NCBI GenBank assembly: GCA_000004695.1
Contig: CM000152.2
Span: 5,472,001 to 5,536,000 of the forward strand
Length of the DNA: 64,000 nt
Direction of reading: 5' to 3'
Origin: Dictyostelium discoideum
Taxonomy: Eukaryota
This document shows, in pieces, positions 54,720 to 64,000 of this stretch. Position numbers and translations under genes: made by a program. The number at the start of each line of letters is the position of its first letter. Position 1 is the stretch's first letter. The notes below the pieces were generated by a model. It searched no databases, was not told the origin of the DNA, and was given only the letters and a program-made list of their open reading frames with translations.

Positions 54720-56464
54720 TCAAAATAAATCAGATTTAAAATCAATTTCCCAAGTGTTTGGACCTAATTCCATTTCTTTATCAGTTAATAAACATTGATC
54801 TAATTTTTTAATGATTGTATCTTTATCAAAACCATTTGATTGTAAACCAACGATTGACAATTCAATCTTTCTATCTTGATATTTAAATAATTTAATTTCT
54901 CTTTCAATATTTTCTTTAATTGCTGGATTCCATTCACTTTCTTTCATTGTTGACCAAAATGGACGTTTATTACCAATCATTTCTTTACCTTCAAGCTTTT
55001 TTTAAAAAAAATTATTAATAATTTATTTATTATTATTTATTTATTATTATTTATTTAAATTATTATTTTTAAAATATTTAAATATTTACAATTTCAAAAT
55101 TATATTTATTTTTCATATCATTTGCTAACCAAATTAAACCAGTTGTTAATAAAACACCTTTAAAATTTGTTGTTAAATTTAATTGATTATTTTCATTCTT
55201 TTCAATTGTATCATATAATAATTTATGTAAACGAATTGGATGAAATGGTTTTCTTTGATAATAATTTACAATTGAAATACCAGTTTCAGTATCAGTTTCA
55301 CTCTCTAATTTGTAATCTCTAATGGTTACAACATAGTTAAAGAGTAATTGAAAATTTGGTATCTTACAATAACTAGTTTCAATAACTAATGATGATGATA
55401 TTAAATTTAATAATTTTCCAATAAATTCTAATTTTGATTTTTCAATTTTATCAATTTTATTTAAAATTATAATATTTGAAATTGATATCTATTAAAATAT
55501 ATATATATATATTAGTTTTATATACATGTATATTACTATTTAATAATAGTGATAATAATAAATAATAATAATAATACAAACTTGTTCTAAAATTAAAGTT
55601 GAAACTAATTTATCTGATGATTTAACTAACTCATCAATATCAGCATCTAAATCTTTAAGATCATCAATTTCATCATTTTGATCATCACAACATTCTTTTT
55701 GACAACCTTTACCACATTCTAATTTTGTATCTTTTTGTTTTGTACTACTACTACAAACACCTTTTTCATCACAACATGATGAATGATCATGTTTTTCTAA
55801 TTGTTGTTTTTCAAATTTCTCACTTAATTCTTTTTCATAATTTTTATCATCAATATCTTGATTATCAATTTCTTCACCTTCTTCTTCTTCACCATCTTCT
55901 TCATTTGACATAATTTTCATGATATCTCCAACTTTTTTATCAGATTTTAAATCATCTAATAATGATTCAGCATCTAATATACAAACTACATTTATTAATT
56001 TTACACTCTAAAAATAAAATAAAATTGTTGTGTGTTAATTATAATAATTGTTGTTGTTGTTATTGTTGTTTATTAATTTTATTTTATAAATTGATACATA
56101 CTGAAATGAAATCACCTAAAGAACCTTCCATTTCATCAGCACATGATAAAACTTCTAATAAAAATGTACTTTCAAATGGATGAGAAAAGAAGATAACTTT
56201 ATCAAATTTACCTTTTTTTAATATAAAATCACCAATAAATTCTTCTTCCATAACTGTAACTATTGACCCATTTTGTAATTCGATACATGTATCTTCAACC
56301 AATGTTTTATAACCATTAGATTCATCCAATACTGATTGAGGTAATGTTCCAACTCCATCAAATAAATATGCAACCTTTAATCCTAAATTATCTTTTCTAA
56401 TACTATGATAAAGTGATGCTTTACCAGTATTAATAAATCCAATCACTACAATTGCATCTGTCAT
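54720..56464 (-). CDS. CobW/COBW-domain (ZNG1/CBWD-like) G3E-family GTPase homolog with degenerate motifs
   Basis: Four-exon model join(56464..56102, 56007..55582, 55488..55090, 54995..54720). Donors are GTATGT, GTTTGT (weak), GTAAAT, all phase 0. The N-terminus is AIVVIGFINTGKASL. The G4 motif is ILNKIDKIE. A His/Cys/Asp-rich insert reads EKHDHSSCCDEKGVC...CGKGCQKECCDD. A CobW_C-like end reads RKIELSIVGLQSNGFDKDTIIKKLDQCLL. The GCxCC position reads ELQNGSIVTV. Confidence 0.6.
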
Positions 56465-56629
56465 TTTTTTTTTTAATTTTATATTGTTTAAAAAAAATTA
56501 AAACAAAAAAAAAAAATTAAAAAAAAAAAAACAATTCTAAGTGATCACATTGAAAAAAAAAAAAAAAAACCGAAAAAAAGGTGTTTTGTTTTTTTTTGAT
56601 TAATTTATTTTTAGTTTTTTTTTTTTTTT

Positions 56630-57766
56630 TTATTTTGTAGATGAAGATTTTGTAAATTTTAAAGCATCTAAAAAATTTGACATTGAAATATTATTTATAT
56701 TAATATCATTTCTTAATGCTAATAAAGCAGTTTCTTTACAAAGATTATTAATATCTGCACCATTGAAACCTTGAGTTAATTCTGATAATTGAATGAAATC
56801 TACACTTTCATCCAATGGCATTGATTTAGTTATTTTTTTGAAAATATCTAAACGTGCTTCTTTATTTGGATTTGGTATTTCAATATGATAATCAAATCTA
56901 CCAGGTCTAAGTATTGATGGATCTAATAAATCAATACGAGTTGTTGCTGCTAATACAATTGATTGATTGCTATTATTATTATTGTTGTTGTTACCACTAC
57001 CACCACCACCATAAATACCATCAATTTCAGTTAAAAGACATGATAATAAACGATCAGATGATTGTTCAGAAGAATCATCAAAACCTCTTAATTTTGCTAA
57101 AACTTCCACTTGATCCAAGAATAAAATACAAGGTGAACTTTCACGTAAAGTTTTGAATAATTTTGAAAGGTTTTTTTCACTTGCTCCAACCACTGGATCA
57201 ATGATATCAGTTGATGAGATTGATATGAAATTTATATTTGGCGATGATGATGCAATTGCACGAGCAATTAAACTTTTACCATTTCCAGGTGGTCCATATA
57301 ATAATACTCCACTTGGCGATTTAATACCTAACCTATCCAATACACTCTTATTCAACATTGGTGTTAATATTGATGATTTGATTTTTTCAATTATTTCATC
57401 TAATCCACCAATTTCATTGAACCCATTACCATTACCATTACCACCACCATCTCCATAACCAATGGTTGGTAATTTATATTGATTTAATATCGAGGGTTTT
57501 ACAAGCTCAAATGCTTTATTAAAATCGAATTTTTCAATTAAATTATAATCATGACAATCATTTCTTTTAATATTCACTAAAATAGCTTCTTTACATAAAC
57601 TATTTAAATCTGAACCTACATAACCATGTGTACATTCTCCCAAATATTCTGATAACTCTTTATAATGTATTTCATTATTTTTAAAATTTGGAAATTCTAA
57701 ATTAAAAAAAAAAATTAGTAAATTTGGTTTTAAAAAAAAAAATATAAAATTTAAAAAAAAAAATAA

Positions 57767-57799
<33 letters not shown>

Positions 57800-58592
57800 T
57801 ACTTTTAAATAATAAATATAAAATTTCTTTTCTATCATTTGGTGAAGGTATTGGTAAATTTAAAACTGAATCAAATTTTCCAATTGAAAAGAACGCTGTA
57901 TCTATAGATTCAATTCTTGATGTTACACCAATTACAAATACTGATCTTTTCTTACTATTATTTTCTAATAATGTTAAAAAATTTGAAACTACTCTTTGTT
58001 CAATATCTATAATTTTAATTTAAAACAATTAGAATTTTATTTATTTATTTATTATTTATTATTTATTATTTACATACACCCTAATGAATCATTTCTAATT
58101 TGTGAAATTGAATCAATCTCTTCAAAAACTAAAACAAATGGTGATTGACTACTTGCTGTATTGAATATACTTTCAATTAATTTTTCAGTATCTCCATCAT
58201 CTTTATTTTTTAAAAAAAAAGAGAGAGAGGGGTTAGTTTGAGGGAAAAATAAAAAAAAAATTAAAAAAAAAGAGTTTTAAAATTAATTTATTTTTACCTT
58301 TTTGAAATAGGTTTGATGAATTTATAATTTTATAATTTATTGATAATTTTGTTAAAATTGATTTTATTAATAATGATTTACCAATTCCTGATCTTCCATT
58401 TATTAGTATATTACATGGGTAGAATTGATCATCATTACCATCATCATTAATAATAATATTTCCAATTATATCCAATCCATCTAAATTAAATAAATCATTA
58501 ATTTTATCAACTATAAATGAAATTGTATTACCCAATCCTCCTACATTTTCATTGATCGATTTCTTTATATCTTCTAATTTTATGTTTTTCAT
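56630..58592 (-). CDS. AAA+ ATPase with two tandem AAA domains (CDC48/NVL/PEX-like)
   Basis: Four-exon model join(58592..58298, 58200..58078, 58006..57803, 57696..56630), with phase-1 GT donors and an intron carrying (TACA)n. D1 has INGRSGIGKS and VLVFEEIDSI. D2 has GPPGNGKSLIARAIA (Walker A), ILFLDQVEVL (Walker B with Q where the catalytic E is expected) and ...LLDPSILRPGRFDYHIEIPNP (arginine finger). Confidence 0.65.
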
Positions 58593-58619
58593 TTCATTGT
58601 TGCTATTTTAAATAAACGT

Positions 58620-58693
<74 letters not shown>

Positions 58694-58764
58694 AAACAAA
58701 AAAGTGAAAAATAAAAAATAAAAATAAAAACACTTTTTTTTTTTGGTTTTGAAATTTTACAGTT

Positions 58765-60147
58765 TTAGGACCTATTATCTCTATCCCTATAGTTATAGTC
58801 TCTATTATTATTACTACTATTACTATTACTATTATTATTATTATTATTATATTTTTTTTTATTATTATAATTTGTATTCCATAATGAATCTTTTTCAGTT
58901 GTATCTTGATCTTTTAAATGAGTATATTTAGTTCTACCTGCTTTACCAAAGTTTTTAACTTGCATTACTTTTGGTAATAGTTCACGATTGAATTTATCTT
59001 CACCAGTTGGTGCAGAGAAATCTTTATTTTTAATATACTCGTCATCTTGAAAGAAAGCACCACGATGGTAATCTCTTTGAAGGAATTTCAATTGTTTCTT
59101 TTGTGAGTTATCAATGTTTGTTCGCGAACGAGATGGATCCTCTTTAAGGATTTGGTCATCGGTCATTGCTCTTCTTCTTGCAAATTCTTTCTTTTCAAAT
59201 TCTGCCAATAGACGAGTATGAATCTCCAATCTAACACGCTCCAATTCTCTTTGAATCCATAATAGTTTTTTACTACCATCTTGATCTTCATCATCGTCAT
59301 ACTCTTCCTCTTCTTTTTGTTCCAATTCTTTAGCTTCTTGCTCTTTTCTATCCCTATCTAATTCATCTTTTAATTTTCTATGAGCTTCGATTTTTCTTTG
59401 TTCTTTCTCTCTCTCCAATTGAGCTTGCTGTTCTTGTTCTTCTTTCTCCCATTGTTCATCAGTTTTAATTGTACCTCTATCATCTTTTTTTATAAATGTT
59501 GGTCTAAATATTGGTGGTTGATCCCAATATTCATCCTCATCATCCTCTTCTGAATCTGTTTCATATTCACTACTACCCTCTTCTTCACTTTCACCTTCAA
59601 TATCTTTAAATGGTTGTTGTTTCTCTTCTAATTCTTTTTGTTTTTGTTCTTCTTCTTCTTTTTTCTTTAAATATCTTTCTTTTGCTCTTCTTCTTCTATC
59701 ATCATCTTCATCATCATCATTATGATCCTTTTTTGTATCATTATTATTATTATTATTATTATCATCATCTTCTTTTATAATCTCTGTTTTTTGTATTCTT
59801 CTTGATGTAGTGGTTGTAGTTGTGGTGGTGGTATCATTATCATTATCATCATCATGATGTCTTCTTCTACTTGCTTTTCTTTCTTCAACAGATTGTGGTT
59901 CATCTTGATTTGAAGACCTATTTTTAAATCTAGCTAATCTCGGATCATTTGTTTCTGCTTCTTTAATTGATTTTTGATTTTGAATATTTGAAAAATGACT
60001 ATCTTGATCATCTTCCGCTTCTGCATAATCTGGTCTTTGACCTGCTCTATATCTAATTACTTTTGTACCACTTGTAACTACTGAATGTCCACCACTACTC
60101 TCTAAATTATTCTTTAATTTATCTCTTATCCTTGATGCAACTGACAT
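58765..60147 (-). CDS. mfap1: Microfibrillar-associated protein 1 (MFAP1)-like spliceosomal protein
   Basis: Single 460-aa exon. [13 protein letters not shown] compares with human KRYVSGKRPDYAP. The C-terminal [64 protein letters not shown] matches the MFAP1 signature closely. Confidence 0.8.
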
Positions 60148-60287
60148 TTATTATAATTATATATATAAATAAAAAGGTAAAAATTAAAAAAAGGAAAAAA
60201 AAAGAAAAAAATTGAAAATTTAATTTTTTATTTTTTTTTATTTTTTTTTTTTATTTTTTTTACATAAAGGGGCGAAAAAATTAAAGT

Positions 60288-60332
<45 letters not shown>

Positions 60333-60382
60333 AAATAAATTAAATATGATCTTACCTCTCTCCTGAGATAGACACAATAAAA

Positions 60383-64000
<3,618 letters not shown>

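Overview
This window is AT-rich (~75-80% A+T) eukaryotic nuclear DNA with long homopolymer tracts, poly-N/poly-Q coding microsatellites and short 70-180 nt GT..AG introns. It is recognisably Dictyostelium discoideum-like, not prokaryotic, so the six-frame ORF track mostly shows single exons. I rebuilt multi-exon models by hand. The ORF track also appears to print M for some TTG first codons, so several ORF starts it gives are not real starts. The window holds about 32 protein-coding genes on both strands plus two tRNA-Pro(UGG) genes in inverted orientation, each followed by the Dictyostelium extra-B-box. Genes I could assign include a tandem hisactophilin pair (hatA, hatB), DNA polymerase alpha catalytic subunit, a cytochrome P450, DGAT1-like MBOAT, TIM16/Pam16, MFAP1, an FBXO3-like F-box/ApaG protein, a family-C GPCR with a Bmp-like periplasmic-binding-protein domain, two ML-domain paralogs, a universal stress protein, a CPBP/Rce1-like protease, a CobW-like GTPase and an AAA ATPase. 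There is a 100-N assembly gap at 23584-23683 inside a large low-complexity gene. The items most worth a second look are a signal-peptide-bearing CDA-fold zinc deaminase (13189-14044), an allantoinase fused to an OHCU decarboxylase (41834-43875), tandem Sec23/24-like zinc-finger/vWA paralogs of which one looks frame-disrupted (48576-52513), a CobW-like GTPase lacking the CxCC motif, a Rab-like GTPase with a destroyed DTAGQE motif, and a GC-richer ORF-free island at 11780-12760. All calls come from reading the sequence and recalling family motifs; no database search was run.
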